Numbered from the whole stretch's first letter, positions 1-12,227 are shown. The stretch: 63,543 nucleotides of DNA, filler included, from Octopus bimaculoides (GCF_001194135.2; 8 parts of 8 records of this genome joined end to end with filler, not necessarily neighbours in it); one strand, 5' to 3'. Numbers and translations are program-made. Notes: generated by a model not told the origin, from the sequence alone.

Positions 1-54
<54 letters not shown>

Positions 55-477
55 TACACATACATATATTTACATAGAAATGTGTATATTTATATATATA
101 TACATAGACACACATACACGCACACACACACACACTCACATACACACACACTATATATATATATATGTACTTCAATATTTCACTTAAGCATTGCGGGACT
201 AATAACTACATAGATATATGTGCATGAGTGTGTGTGTGTGTGTGAGAGATAGGAAGTGTACATGCAAGTGTGTGTATCTCTGCACTGTGTCTATGTATCT
301 GCATGTGTTTTTTGAGTGCATACGCATGTGTATACATACATATATATAATATTTTCTATTTTTTTCTACTTCCCCAACCAGCAAATCTAATTGCCTTTTG
401 GAAATACACTTTTTCTATTACACATTAATAATGACTTTTTTCACTAGTAATGCCTTCCCTGTATACTGATTTCAAAT

Positions 478-685
478 TATTGGCACAAGGCCTGCAATTC
501 TGGGGGAGGGGGATAAGTCGATTACATCGACCCCAGTGATCAACTGTTACTTATTTTATCGACTCTGAAAGGTTGAAAGGCAAAGTTGACTTCAACAGAA
601 TTTGAACTCAGAACATAAAGACAGACAAAACGCCACAAAGCATTTTGCCCGGCATGCTAACGATTCTGCCAGCGCACCATCTTGC
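478..685 (-). mobile_element. tRNA-derived SINE family B
   Basis: Minus strand gctggcagaatcgttagcatgccgggcaaaatgc...gttctgagttcaaattc..ctttgcctttc. Other copies at ~6330-6562, 17905-18100, 18115-18295, 18310-18500 (plus), 24762-24900 and 58975-59135. Confidence 0.8.
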
Positions 686-1619
686 CTTCCCTGTATATTG
701 CAAATATGTAATTCAGGCACTCAACTATGAGTCCACTGTATCTTATAGCAACAAAAACTGTAAGCTAATGAAGTTCATAAAATAACCATTGTTTTTCCTG
801 CGTCATCTCTTTTTCTCATATATATATATATATATGTGTGAGTGTGTGTGTGTGTGTGTGTGCATGTGTGTTTTTGTATGCATATGCATGCATGCACGCA
901 CACACACACGTGTATATATATATATATATATATNNNNNNNNNNNNNNNNNNNNNNNNNNNNNNNNNNNNNNNNNNNNNNNNNNNNNNNNNNNNNNNNNNN
1001 NNNNNNNNNNNNNNNNNNNNNNNNNNNNNNNNNNNNNNNNNNNNNNNNNNNNNNNNNNNNNNNNNNNNNNGGACAAAATCCAAAATTACAGGTAAAAACT
1101 CAATTAAAATCAATTTATAAAAAATAAAAATTAAATTGAGCTTTACAGAGTAAAAAATATATAAACATATGTGACAGTAAATTTTCATTGATGAGTTCAT
1201 GAACCTTGGTTCTTTTCCCTAAAACTATATATATATATATATATATATCATCATCATTTAATGTCCTCCTTCCATGCTGGCATGGATTGGATTGTTTGAC
1301 TGGAGTTGGCCAGACACAAGCCTGCACCAAGCTTCTGTGTCTGTTTTGGGATGGTTTTTGTGGCTGGCTGGCCTTTCCAACACCAACCACTCCACAGAGT
1401 GGGCTGAGTCAAGTAGATATATATATATATATATATATATATTCAAATATGTATTTGAAGCAGCTCCAGGGACATTAAAAATATCGAACACACATACACA
1501 AGGTATGTGTTTTGCTAATTTAAGAGCCAGCTGCACATATAGGTATAAGAGAATAATATTCTCTTCAATGTGCCTGGTGTTAAAACACCTGGCAGTCATA
1601 GACAAGTGAGATAACTCAC

Positions 1620-1688
1620 ATTAGATCCCATTCAGGAGCAACAAATATCAATGTTTCATCATTTTTGTGACTCGTCGATACCATGTGC
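1620..1688 (-). other. Candidate 69-nt cassette exon downstream of the ZMAT-like exon
   Basis: Acceptor ttgtttcttgtttcAG|G at 1688 and donor AAT|GTGAGT at 1620. Open only in phase 2 (HMVSTSHKNDETLIFVAPEWDL); read in phase 0 it gives AHGIDESQK*. Confidence 0.25.
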
Positions 1689-2361
1689 CTGAAACAAGAA
1701 ACAATGCAAGCTAAATTGCTGTCTATGACGATAAGCAAAATGGTGTAAGAATCATCTGCTAGTATGTCCTAATGTTTCACACCATGGGAAAAAATTCAAA
1801 TATGAATTAGAAGCAGCTTGAGGGAAATAAACAATATTGAATACACATACACATAAAGGTGGGATTCCACCGGTTACGACAACAAGGGTGCCAGTTAGTC
1901 AACGGAACAGCGTACTCGTGACATTAATGTGCAAGCGGCTGAGCATTCCACAGGACTGCATCAAGTGGCTTCTAGCAGTGGAAGCCTGCACTACAATAGG
2001 TTTGTCCGACAGTGTGTGTGTGTGTGTGTGTGTATATTAGAGAGAGAGAGTACAAAAGAGATACAGTAATTTATGTCAGTATTAGTAGGATTAATAAGCT
2101 TGTTTTATTGTAAGTAACAATAATAGCCATATAATATCATGTTTGTTGCTCAGCAATTGGAAACAGTCAGACCAGATATAATTTGTCTGTTTCTAGACAA
2201 AATATATCTTCACGGATGGTTTTTATCCTTACTCCAAACAATATTCACAAGTGAACTGTTGTACTTCAGATACCATAAATCACTAAAATAACAAGTATCG
2301 GTTTCCATCAAAACAATATCTGTGCGGTATATTATAATGTGTGTGAGTATGTGTATGTGCA

Positions 2362-2402
<41 letters not shown>

Positions 2403-3637
2403 TTATTAATAAATTATAGGGTGGCAAAGAAAATTTTAGAAATTTTATTTACCACCAGTGGCCTAGCGAGAGTAAAAACAGTCAATAGACTATGTATTAT
2501 TCATTAGAAATGCAGAGACGCCTATAATAGGACATCTACTCGCTAGAAATAGCAGCAAAAATACTACATACCACAAAAGTTAGGGATAATTTCGAAAGGA
2601 AATGAAAAATAAAAATAAATTTATTTTTTATTTTTATTTTTCATTTCCTTTCGAAATTATCCCTAACTTTTGTGGTATGNNNNNNNNNNNNNNNNNNNNN
2701 NNNNNNNNNNNNNNNNNNNNNNNNNNNNNNNNNNNNNNNNNNNNNNNNNNNNNNNNNNNNNNNNNNNNNNNNNNNNNNNNNNNNNNNNNNNNNNNNNNNN
2801 NNNNNNNNNNNNNNNNNNNNNNNNNNNNNNNNNNNNNNNNNNNNNNNNNNNNNNNNNNNNNNNNNNNNNNNNNNNNNNNNNNNNNNNNNNNNNNNNNNNN
2901 NNNNNNNNNNNNNNNNNNNNNNNNNNNNNNNNNNNNNNNNNNNNNNNNNNNNNNNNNNNNNNNNNNNNNNNNNNNNNNNNNNNNNNNNNNNNNNNNNNNN
3001 NNNNNNNNNNNNNNNNNNNNNNNNNNNNNNNNNNNNNNNNNNNNNNNNATTTATGGGTATGTGTATGTCTGTGTTTGTTCCCCCTAACCATCACTTGATA
3101 ACCAATGTCGGTGTGTTTATCTCCCCCGTAACTTAGCAGTTCGGCAAAAGTGACCGATGAATAAGGACTAGGCTTACAAAGAATAAGTCCTGGGGTTGAT
3201 TTCTTCAACTAAAACCCTTTAAGGCAGTGCTCCAGCATGGCTCCAGTCCACTCAACTGGCAAAAATGAATTGTACCTGTAATTGAAAGAACCAGCCCTGT
3301 CACATTCTGTGTCACACTGAATGTCCCTAAAACAATTTTTATACAAAGTTGTCTTTTCTCAAATTGTTACTCCGGGTTACTTGTAACTGCTTTCACCAGG
3401 CATTGGAAATAATTTCATTGTATGATGAAAGCAGCAATGTGGGACATGAAACAATGTTGCAATTTGTAGATACATGTCTTTGAATAAAAATTAAATAAAC
3501 AAATACATATCAAAAGGTAGATACACACATGTAAAGATACATAGGTAGATAGATGTGTTCATCAAACGATAGATGGATGGCCAGAAAGATTGAAACATCA
3601 TGAAAAAGAATCCAAGTTAACCTTGAGTATTACTTAC

Positions 3638-5993
3638 CTCACCATTTATACTCCCACTGTTTGTCAAAACTAATATCTCCTGTCCTGGCTTATACTCAAC
3701 GGCAGGGCGGTTCTTGGTGGCAGGCAACTGAGTGCCACCACTCAGCATGAAAAGCCGCACTTTTTTGGCATGGTTCTTGCCATTATAGTGCTGGTCTGAC
3801 TGAATTGCAGCATTCATAGCAACATTGCACAACTTGCACAGCATAGGCTGCATGAGTTCCTTGAGAATTTTCATTGCAGGGGATTCATTCTCCCCGTTTT
3901 CAATGTTCTTCTTGCGTCTGTTCTCGTCATCTGCTGCTAGTTTCGGTTCAAAATTTGAACTCACTGCATCCAGAAGAGAATTTTCTGCAGGAATTTCAGA
4001 CGTCGACGATTCCTTCAGGAGAGATTTTGGAGAGGCTGATGAGGAGTCAGCAGTAGCAGAAATAGGAGTGGAAGAGGTGACAGCAGATGAGGTGTCCACA
4101 TTTTTGGTAGAATCTAACGCTGAGTCTGCATTGACAGACTGCGAACCATTGGTTGTGTCGGCTTCCGGTAGATTCTGGATTCTGCCCTTCGGTACCTGCC
4201 TGTCAACAGGTTTGGACAGTGAGTCAATTGCGTGGGTACTGTTGATCTGCTGGTACTGATAATGAGATTGATGCAGCTGGTGACTCTCTTGGTACTGATC
4301 ATAGTGGCTTTCAGTAGCAGATGGCTTACGATATTGGTATTGGGGCTTTGTGTTGGCTTCTTGATATGGTGACTGGAAATGAGATTTAGAGTTAGACTGA
4401 TAAGATGGTTTGGAGAGGTTTGCTTGATACGCTGGTTTTGTGAGGTTTCCTCGAGCTTGATACTGAGGTGTAGCACCAGTTTGGTAAGTGGTTTGGGTTT
4501 TGGAAGCAATCTGATATTGGATAGCAGGCTTTGTGCTGTTCTGATTTTGATAATGAGTCGATGATTTCACTTTGCCCTGGTACTGAGTTGGAATTTTAGC
4601 AGCAGGCGGATAGGACACCTGGCTCTTTGTTGTTGTATTCTGATACTGTGTCTGGGGCTTGGTGCCACTCTGATACTGAGTGACTGTCTTCGACACAGCC
4701 GTGTACTGAGAAGGGATTTTACTTATTGCTTGGTATGAAGATGGGGGTTTTGTGCTAGTTGGGTATGAGACAGCTAGCTTATTGCTCTGTTGATACTGAT
4801 TTGTGGGTTTCACATTAGACTGATACTGTGTTGGCAGTTTTGCAGCAGCAGCAGCAGCAGCAGCAGCAGCTTGGTACTGGGATGGAGCCTTGTTGGTGGC
4901 CTGGTATGGGGCCGGAGGTTTGGGGCTTATCTGATACTGGTTCTTGAGGGTGGCATCTGAATAGGGGGCTTGGTAAACAGTCTTGTTGGCCGTATCTTTG
5001 TACTGATAGCGGGATTCATTGATCTGTTCTTGATACTGATACTGAACAGCCGGTTGGCTGGCCTGGGCCTGCAACGATGGCTGTTGGCTGCTCGCATGAT
5101 ACACCTCTGTCTGGCTGAGATCCTTCACACCACTACTGGTGTCGGTTGAGGGATAATACTGGGACTTTAGAAGGGGCCGATACTCGTTACCGATGGTAGT
5201 CCTTGTGGTAGCAGTCACAACTGAGTAAGTTGTATTTTGGGTGTAGTTAAAAGCAGGCGGAGCTTGCTGAGTTGGTATCGAAGAGTGACTCACCTGGCTC
5301 ACAGCTGGCACCGAAATCTGCTGTGGCCGAGCCTTGGCTATCTGAGCATTGTATGACTGGAAAGTTTGTGAGGGTGGAGGCTGCTGGGGTGGGGGCTGAG
5401 GTGGTTGTTGTGGCTGCTGAGGAGGGGGAGGTGGCTGTGGCTGTTGAGGCGGTGTCTGCTGTGCTTGATACGCAGAATGAGCCGGTGCAGCTTGCACTGG
5501 CTGCTGCTGCGCTTGGGGCTGGTAGACAGAATGCGAGGTCGCCTGTGGTAATGGTTGCTGTTGTGTCTGGTATGGTGTGTGGNNNNNNNNNNNNNNNNNN
5601 NNNNNNNNNNNNNNNNNNNNNNNNNNNNNNNNNNNNNNNNNNNNNNNNNNNNNNNNNNNNNNNNNNNNNNNNNNNNCGTCTGGAAGACGGTGGTGGTTTG
5701 GGGCCGTGGGTATGCATGAGCCTGAGCGCCAACGGCAGCACTGTGCAGCTGGTAGGCCTGCTGCTGCTGAGGGGGTTGCTGTAACTGCGGATGGTGCTGT
5801 GGTGGTGGTGGTGGCTGCTGCACCTGATACTGTGGTGGAGCTTGGTGTTGTGCAGGTGGCACCTGTGGTGGTGGGGGTGGCGGCTGTACTACAGCAGTCT
5901 GTCCAGGCTGAGGGTATCCACTGTAAGCAGCTCCAGTGTATGTGGAGGGCACACTTGGGTAAGCAGCATGAGGCTGGGCATAAGATGCATAAC
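3638..5993 (-). CDS. ZMAT3/4-like: Large internal coding exon of a ZMAT3/ZMAT4-like matrin-type (U1-like C2H2) RNA-binding zinc-finger protein with a long Q/P/Y-rich N-terminal region
   Basis: Acceptor ttattttccaattgcAG|GT TAT GCA at 5993 (phase 1) and donor GAG|GTAAGT at 3638 (phase 0). The frame GYASYAQPHAAYP... (5338..6054 ORF) runs to the N gap at 5583-5676 and continues in the 3617..6046 ORF frame (HTPYQTQQQ...), so the stated gap length is probably off. The C-terminal ELMQPMLCKLCNVAMNAAIQSDQHYNGKNHAKKVR (finger ~3755-3838) resembles human ZMAT3 finger 1 as I recall it (ELCKPLYCKLCNVTLNSAQQAQAHYQGKNHGKKLR). Confidence 0.85.
4330..4940 (-). repeat. Coding imperfect tandem repeat, ~19 units of ~10 aa (x3-K-x4-Y-Q)
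   Basis: ISPKPPAPYQ ATNKAPSQYQ ..AKLPTQYQ SNVKPTNQYQ QSNKLAVSYP TSTKPPSSYQ AISKIPSQYT AVSKTVTQYQ SGTKPQTQYQ ... IASKTQTTYQ. On the + strand, ctgatactg recurs at ~30-bp spacing. Confidence 0.85.
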
Positions 5994-6329
5994 CTGCAAT
6001 TGGAAAATAAAACACATTGAAAATATATTGAAAAAAAAAATAACAAAATAACAATTAATGAAACAAATTTCTAATCAATAATCTATAATCTGTCAATAAT
6101 CAGGAAATAATTTTACTATAAAAGCACTCGTACTGATATCACATAAATACACCTATGTCAGTACTGCATAGAAGCACCCAGGACATTCTGTAAAGTAGCT
6201 GGCGTTAGAAAGGGTATCCAGCAGTAGAAACCAAACCAAAACAAACATGGAGTCTGGGCAGCTCTCCAGCTCCTGTCAAGCTATCTAACCCAGGGCAGCA
6301 TGGAAAACAGACATATGATGACATTTGAT

Positions 6330-6562
6330 TCTTTATTGCCCACAAGGGGAGCTAAACACAGAGGGGACAAACAAGGACAGACAATGGGACTAAGTCGATT
6401 ACATCGACCCCAGTACATAACTGGTACTTATTTAATCGACCATGAAAGGATGAAAGGCAAAGTCAACCTCAGCGGAATTTGAACTCAGAACTTAGCAGCA
6501 GACGAAATACTGCTAAGCATTTCGCCTGATGTGCTCACGATTCTGCCAACTTGCCGCCTTTG
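6330..6562 (-). mobile_element. SINE family B copy
   Basis: Matches 478-685. Confidence 0.8.
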
Positions 6563-6624
6563 GACATATAATGATATTGAAAACAGAGATAATTATTCCG
6601 GGATAAATAAGAAGCAAAAAGTTT

Positions 6625-7186
6625 GGATCTTTTTTAAAACGGGGGCCACATTTTTCATTAACGAAACACTTTGAAACTTGGAACACTGGTAGAATGTGTC
6701 ATATAAAACATCTTTTTCTCTTAGTCTTCTTAAAAAAAAAAGAAATCCATAAGTTATTCCATGTTAAAGTTGTCGTGTTTCTGTAATTTCAACCAATCAC
6801 TGACATCCATTCAGCCGATATACATTAAGTGCCGACTACATAAACAAACGATTCTGAAACAATTAACCCTAACCCTAGGGTTAGGGTTAGGGTTAAAGCA
6901 AATTTAAAATGAAAAAAGCAAATAAAACGAAGGTATGGAGATTAAATACGCTTTACATCGCTTAATCAGCCAAAGGAGTAAATATAAACAACTGAATACT
7001 TGTCAGTGATTGGTTGAAATTATCAAAATAAGACAATTTTTTACATGAAATAAATTCAAATACAAAAATATTTTTCTGTTCTATAACACAAAATAGATAA
7101 GTATACGAAGTTTGAAAGTCTTTCCGTACCAAAAACACTACGTAAAACATTAATGAAAAATGTGGCCCCCGTTTTAAAATAGATCC
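6625..7186. mobile_element. MITE with ~40-bp TIRs and 8-bp TSD (Merlin-like), containing telomeric repeats
   Basis: GGATCT..TAAAACGGGGGCCACATTTTTCATTA / TAATGAAAAATGTGGCCCCCGTTTTAAAATAGATCC; TSD aaaagttt / aaaagttc. Confidence 0.8.
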
Positions 7187-8597
7187 AAAAGTTCAATGTG
7201 TTGTGAGTTGTATGAGTGCATGCACATGCGTAACATGCAAGTCTGTACCATCAATAGAAATAGAAATATATGCATACATATCAATAAATTGATGAATACC
7301 TCCCAATTGGAATAAACTGACACATTTCTATCAGTAGACGCACACAGACACACAAAGAATGTTTAAACTAGACCCGATAACATGCAGACATATACTCATA
7401 ATAATATATGTGATATATGTATAAGAACCAATTCAAATAAACACACAGACACACAAACAGGTGCACATAGACATTTGAATACACACACTGAGAACAACAA
7501 CACAGATGTAACAGTCAACAGAAAACAATTTACTGCCAATCTGATTTTAGCAATCAAGAAGTAGAGATGTATTTAGAAAAATTACCTAAAGTGCCATCAA
7601 ATGGGGAAACTATTAAAAGTAATGTAAACCAAAGGAATATTCAGTTAAAATATCCTGTAGAGATATAGGGGAAAAAAATATGTTATGATACTAATTTTCC
7701 TACATTTCTAATAATTTTCATGATTATTTTGATAATCATGTGTAGAGCAAACTAAATGATTATCTTTGCTCTCATTTTTCAAGAAGTAGCTATGTTAATA
7801 CCATATCGCATTGTATAATAGCCTAATGTTGATGTGATTTGTAATTCATAATGAATACAGCTTGTTCATCCATATTCTATTTGATAATATTATCATCACA
7901 CTGGGGCAGTGGGAAAACTTGATATTACTTTATGTAAGTTTAAATGCTCTCCATTGAGTATTTACCAGATACAGGTATATCATACTTGTGGACAGTGTAC
8001 AGTCATTCCTTTTCTCAACAGTGTAAATCTACTGATGCACAAATAATTCCTAACAGAAAATCTCTATTTCAATTTAAATTCATGAGTGGCACTTTCAATA
8101 AGATAATAGATTCCATTTACACGTTTTTGAATTCGAGGACAGTTTAACTATGTAAGTAATTGTATAGAATTTCTTTTGTTATCTCACAAGTTACCGTTGC
8201 TGTTGCTGTCAGATATCAAAAGGTAGACAGTAAAACTACGGAGCAACACTGATCAAAGTCATCAGTCATCAGTCATGACTACACCATCTGTTTGTCAGAC
8301 ATTACCATATGTAGAACTGTAACATAATGCACCCAGCCTTTTTATCTAAAAAGTTGTGTCATATAATCTGGCTGTTATATCCAGCAGATCAAATGAGAAT
8401 CTTTTATCTTTTACTTGTCTCAGCTAGACTGCAGTCATGCTGGGGCACCACCTTGAAGGATTTTAGTCGAACTAATCAACCTCGGTACTTATTTTTCGTT
8501 AAAGCCTGATACTTATTTTATCATTTTCTTTTGCTGAACAGATAAGTTATGGGGACATAACCACACCAAGACACAAAGATACACACACGTGGATATA

Positions 8598-9008
8598 CGA
8601 GAGGTGCTGTAAAGTTCCTGGTTTTGGGTAAAAAAAAATACTGGAGGATGGAGGAATTTCAACCATGTTTCGTGGTCTGCTACCACAACAGCTCCTTTAT
8701 AGGATCCAGTTAGCTCAAGACATCATCAGGAGGAACCACGTCCGGTTTCGGCCCCTACTCCTCTACCGTTTTGACGTGGCAGCCCCCCCCCCCTTTCGGA
8801 GGTGTCTTCAGTTCTGGTGTTGAGTGCATGTCTTCTTTCTTCTGTTCCCTGGCCTCTTTGTTCAACATATTCCCCTCTCAGATTCACACACTTTTTACAA
8901 TAGTCCTTCAGTTTTTCTAAGCCATGTAAAAGAATTCAGAAGGTTCAGCCTCCAACCAGGTCTTTCATGATACCTTTAAAACCAGGAATTTTTCAGCAGC
9001 TCCTCATG
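8598..9008. mobile_element. Tc1/mariner-type MITE (TA-flanked), probably carrying an internal LINE-derived fragment
   Basis: TA|CGAGAGGTGCTGTAAAGTTCCTGGTTTT ... AAAACCAGGAATTTTTCAGCAGCTCCTCATG|TA. Confidence 0.55.
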
Positions 9009-9817
9009 TATATACAATGGGCTTCATTCAGTTTCTATCTACCAAATCCACTTACATGGCTAAAGTGCTACGCAGTGGGACTGAACCCAGAACCATGTGG
9101 TTAGGAAACAAACTTCTTACCACATAGCCACACCTGTGCCTGTAGAGATTTCCTCATTGAAAATAATTTTTCTTTAAAGCCCCTTCTCTGTTCTGATTAA
9201 AAAAAAACCTTCGACAGACTTATGATCCAAACCACTCCAGCTTTAATCTCGACATAGCTTTAATTATATCATCCTTTTATTTTTTACTCAGACATAGAAT
9301 ATCTAAAACTAATTTACCAATAATATGCTACATTTTTTTTTTTTTTTTTTTTTTTTACGATAAGAGTAGTGTGATGAAGAAAAATATTGCTGCTAATTGT
9401 AGCAGATCAAGATACCAGCATGTAAAAATTCCCGTTTGCTGGTAAAAAGATGGTTTTGTCATTAAGGTCAGGGCAATATGGTGAGAGTGAAGTAAAACTG
9501 TTCACATGGTGACAACAACCTCGTAAACTTCAAAGGAAATTCTGTTAGCCATTTTGTTTCGGGTTTTTAAAACAAATTACATGCAACACAAAACATAAGT
9601 TTCTAAAACAACAACAATAATAATAACACAACAGCTGCAACAACAACAACAACAACATATTGCTAAATGTTAAAGACATTTAAAACTACAATATCTCAGC
9701 AGCAGCTTCTTTCATCATTTATTTATTTGTTTCTACAATAAGTACAGATATTTTTATAAATTAATTTATAAGTGAATGTAAGCTACATCTAATATTAACA
9801 TCAGCACCAGCAGCACC

Positions 9818-9857
<40 letters not shown>

Positions 9858-10124
9858 TCATTACCATTATTTAGAGTACTAACAGGGTCAAAATTGTATC
9901 AAAAAAATACACTGCCTTCTCTTCAGAGCCAGAAACAAACCACTCTACTTACTTTTCAATGATATAATTGTTTACTTTTAAAATGGCATTGTAGAAAAGG
10001 TCTGAGAGGTTGGATCTGGCTTGTTTGAATGTTAAAAGGTTAACATTATTCCACAATGGCATGATTATCATTCATTCTTTCATTATGCTGGCATAGGTTT
10101 GACAGATTCTTTTTATATTCTTCG

Positions 10125-10925
10125 TTTTATCTTTTTCACTTGTTTTAGTCATTTGATTACAGCCATGCTGGGGCACCGCTTTGAAAGGTTTTAGTCAAAC
10201 AAATTGATTCAAGGACCTTTTTTTTAAGGCCTAGTATCTTCTGTCAGTCTCTTTTGCTGCACTGTTAAGTTACCGGGATGTAAACACACCAAAGCCAGTT
10301 GTCAAGCGATGGTGAGGGACAAACACAGACACAAAGACATACACACACACACACACACACACATATACGACAAGTTTCTTTCAGTTTCCAGCTCCCAAAT
10401 CAACTCACAAGGCTTTGGTTGGCCCAAGGCTATAGTAGAAACCACTTGCCTAAAGTGCCATGCAGTGGGAATGAACCCAGAACCATGAGGTTGGGAAGCA
10501 AGCTTCTTATCATACAGCCAGGTGGAGGCGCAATGGCCCAGTGGTTAGGGCAGCAGACTCGCGGTCATAGGATGGCGGTTTCGATTCCCAGAACGGGCGT
10601 TGTGAGTGTTTATTGAGCGAAAACACCTAAAGCTCCACGAGGCTCAGGTAGGGGATGGTGGCGAACCCTGCTGTACTCTTTCACCACAACTTTCTCTCAC
10701 TCTTACTTCCTGTTTCTGTTGTGCCTGTAATTCAAAGGGTCAGCCTTGTCACAGTGTGTCACGCTGAATATCCCCCAGAACTATGCTAAGGGTACACGTG
10801 TCTGTGGAGTGCTCAGCCACTTGCACGTTAATTTCACGAGCGGGCTGTTCCATTGATCGGATCAACTGGATCCCTCGGCGTCGTAAGCGACGGAGTGCCA
10901 ACATCATACAGCCATACCTGCACCT
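10125..10925 (-). mobile_element. SINE family A copy interrupted near its 5' end by a family C SINE
   Basis: Reverse complement of the 45338 consensus; its head resumes after position 10914. Confidence 0.8.
10521..10902 (+). mobile_element. tRNA-derived SINE family C, full-length, with 12-bp TSD
   Basis: A-box TGGCCCAGTGG, B-box GGTTTCGATTCC; TSD atcatacagcca at 10509-10520 and 10903-10914. Partial copies at ~1850-1975 (minus), 3275-3330, 18575-18640 and 54085-54250. Confidence 0.85.
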
Positions 10926-11663
10926 ATATACACAAAATATTTTAATAATTATTGTTATACAATTCCCGGTAATAATTAACTATAAAAATATAACAGGAAT
11001 TTTTCAACACTGAATGGCTAGGAGGGTAAAATAGGAATCAAAAGGATTCATAGGTAAAAAATGGTTGAGAAACACTGCTTTACAGGGTTATTTAATTTGC
11101 TTACAATTCTAACCCCATCTGTCTTAATCACACGTACTGTAGTCTTAAGTACAAAAAGGACCTGTTGAACAGGGTAACCCTTAGATGTCTCTAGAAATAA
11201 CTGGGAAGCCTTTGATCAGAGTTGGCCTGAAGATAAACAGCTAAATTCTGACATCTTCATCAAAAATGTAATACAGCATTCACTTTGGCAGCATTTGAAC
11301 TCAGAAAAGTGGGGGATGAAATTGTGGGGATTTCAGAGAAAGTCTGTAAACCTTTCTATCACCATTTATTTATTTATCTACTTACCACCTTTTTGTGTGC
11401 GCCCAACCCATGTGTGGAAGTGTGTGTTTGTGTGTGTGTGTGTGTGCATGCGCATGTGTACTCTCCTTTTTCATCTATTACCTAGCTTATTTATCATGTA
11501 TATATTCTATCTATCTATCTATTACAGTGATCTACCTGATTGCCATTCTGTTTATCTATCTATTAAGCTGAGCCATCTAATTATCTATTTTCATACTCAT
11601 GCATACACATCTAATTCTTTCTCCTCCTATCTTTCTATCTATTTCTGCCTCTCTCTTTCTCAC

Positions 11664-11707
<44 letters not shown>

Positions 11708-12112
11708 NNNNNNNNNNNNNNNNNNNNNNNNNNNNNNNNNNNNNNNNNNNNNNNNNNNNNNNNNNNNNNNNNNNNNNNNNNNNNNNNNNNNNNNNNNNNN
11801 NNNNNNNAAAATGGTCTTTTACCTCATATTTTATATATTTTACAGCTTAGATTTGAAAAAGATCTTCAAATAACAAAAATGTATTCCGGCGAAGGAGAAG
11901 AAGTTGATTTTAAGGCTGTTTTATATCCAATTGGAAATGTGGAGTGTTGGATGCTAAATATTGAAGAAACAATGAGAGAAAGCCTTCGACTAATTATTAA
12001 AGCAGCTTTAGAATGTTACCCAGTGGTTTGTTATTATTGAACATTTGTTGATTCTCTTTAAATACTTCTTTCACTAGAATATCTTTTAAACAGCACTACT
12101 TCAGATATGGGC

Positions 12113-12139
12113 TCTCTCTCTCTCACTCTCTCTCTCACA

Positions 12140-12225
<86 letters not shown>
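12113..12225. repeat. (CT)n microsatellite
   Basis: Directly visible. Confidence 0.95.

Positions 12226-12227
<2 letters not shown>

Noticed and set aside
2232-2281. Possible 50-nt minus-strand exon (DLWYLKYNSSLVNIVW)
   Set aside because: Its phases are incompatible with the neighbouring candidate exons, and such sites are common by chance in AT-rich introns.
5583-5676. Apparent frameshift in the ZMAT-like exon
   Set aside because: The frame change coincides with an N gap of estimated length, so it is not evidence of a pseudogene or programmed frameshifting.
5677-6046. Cys/Thr-rich N-terminus of the 809-aa ORF (LCILCPASCC...)
   Set aside because: This is an alternative reading of the CAG/CCA-rich exon, joined across the gap. 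The Q/P/Y frame matches the composition of the rest of the exon.
6863-6896. Ancestral telomere-telomere fusion site
   Set aside because: Only a few units, located inside a MITE that has a second copy in this window.
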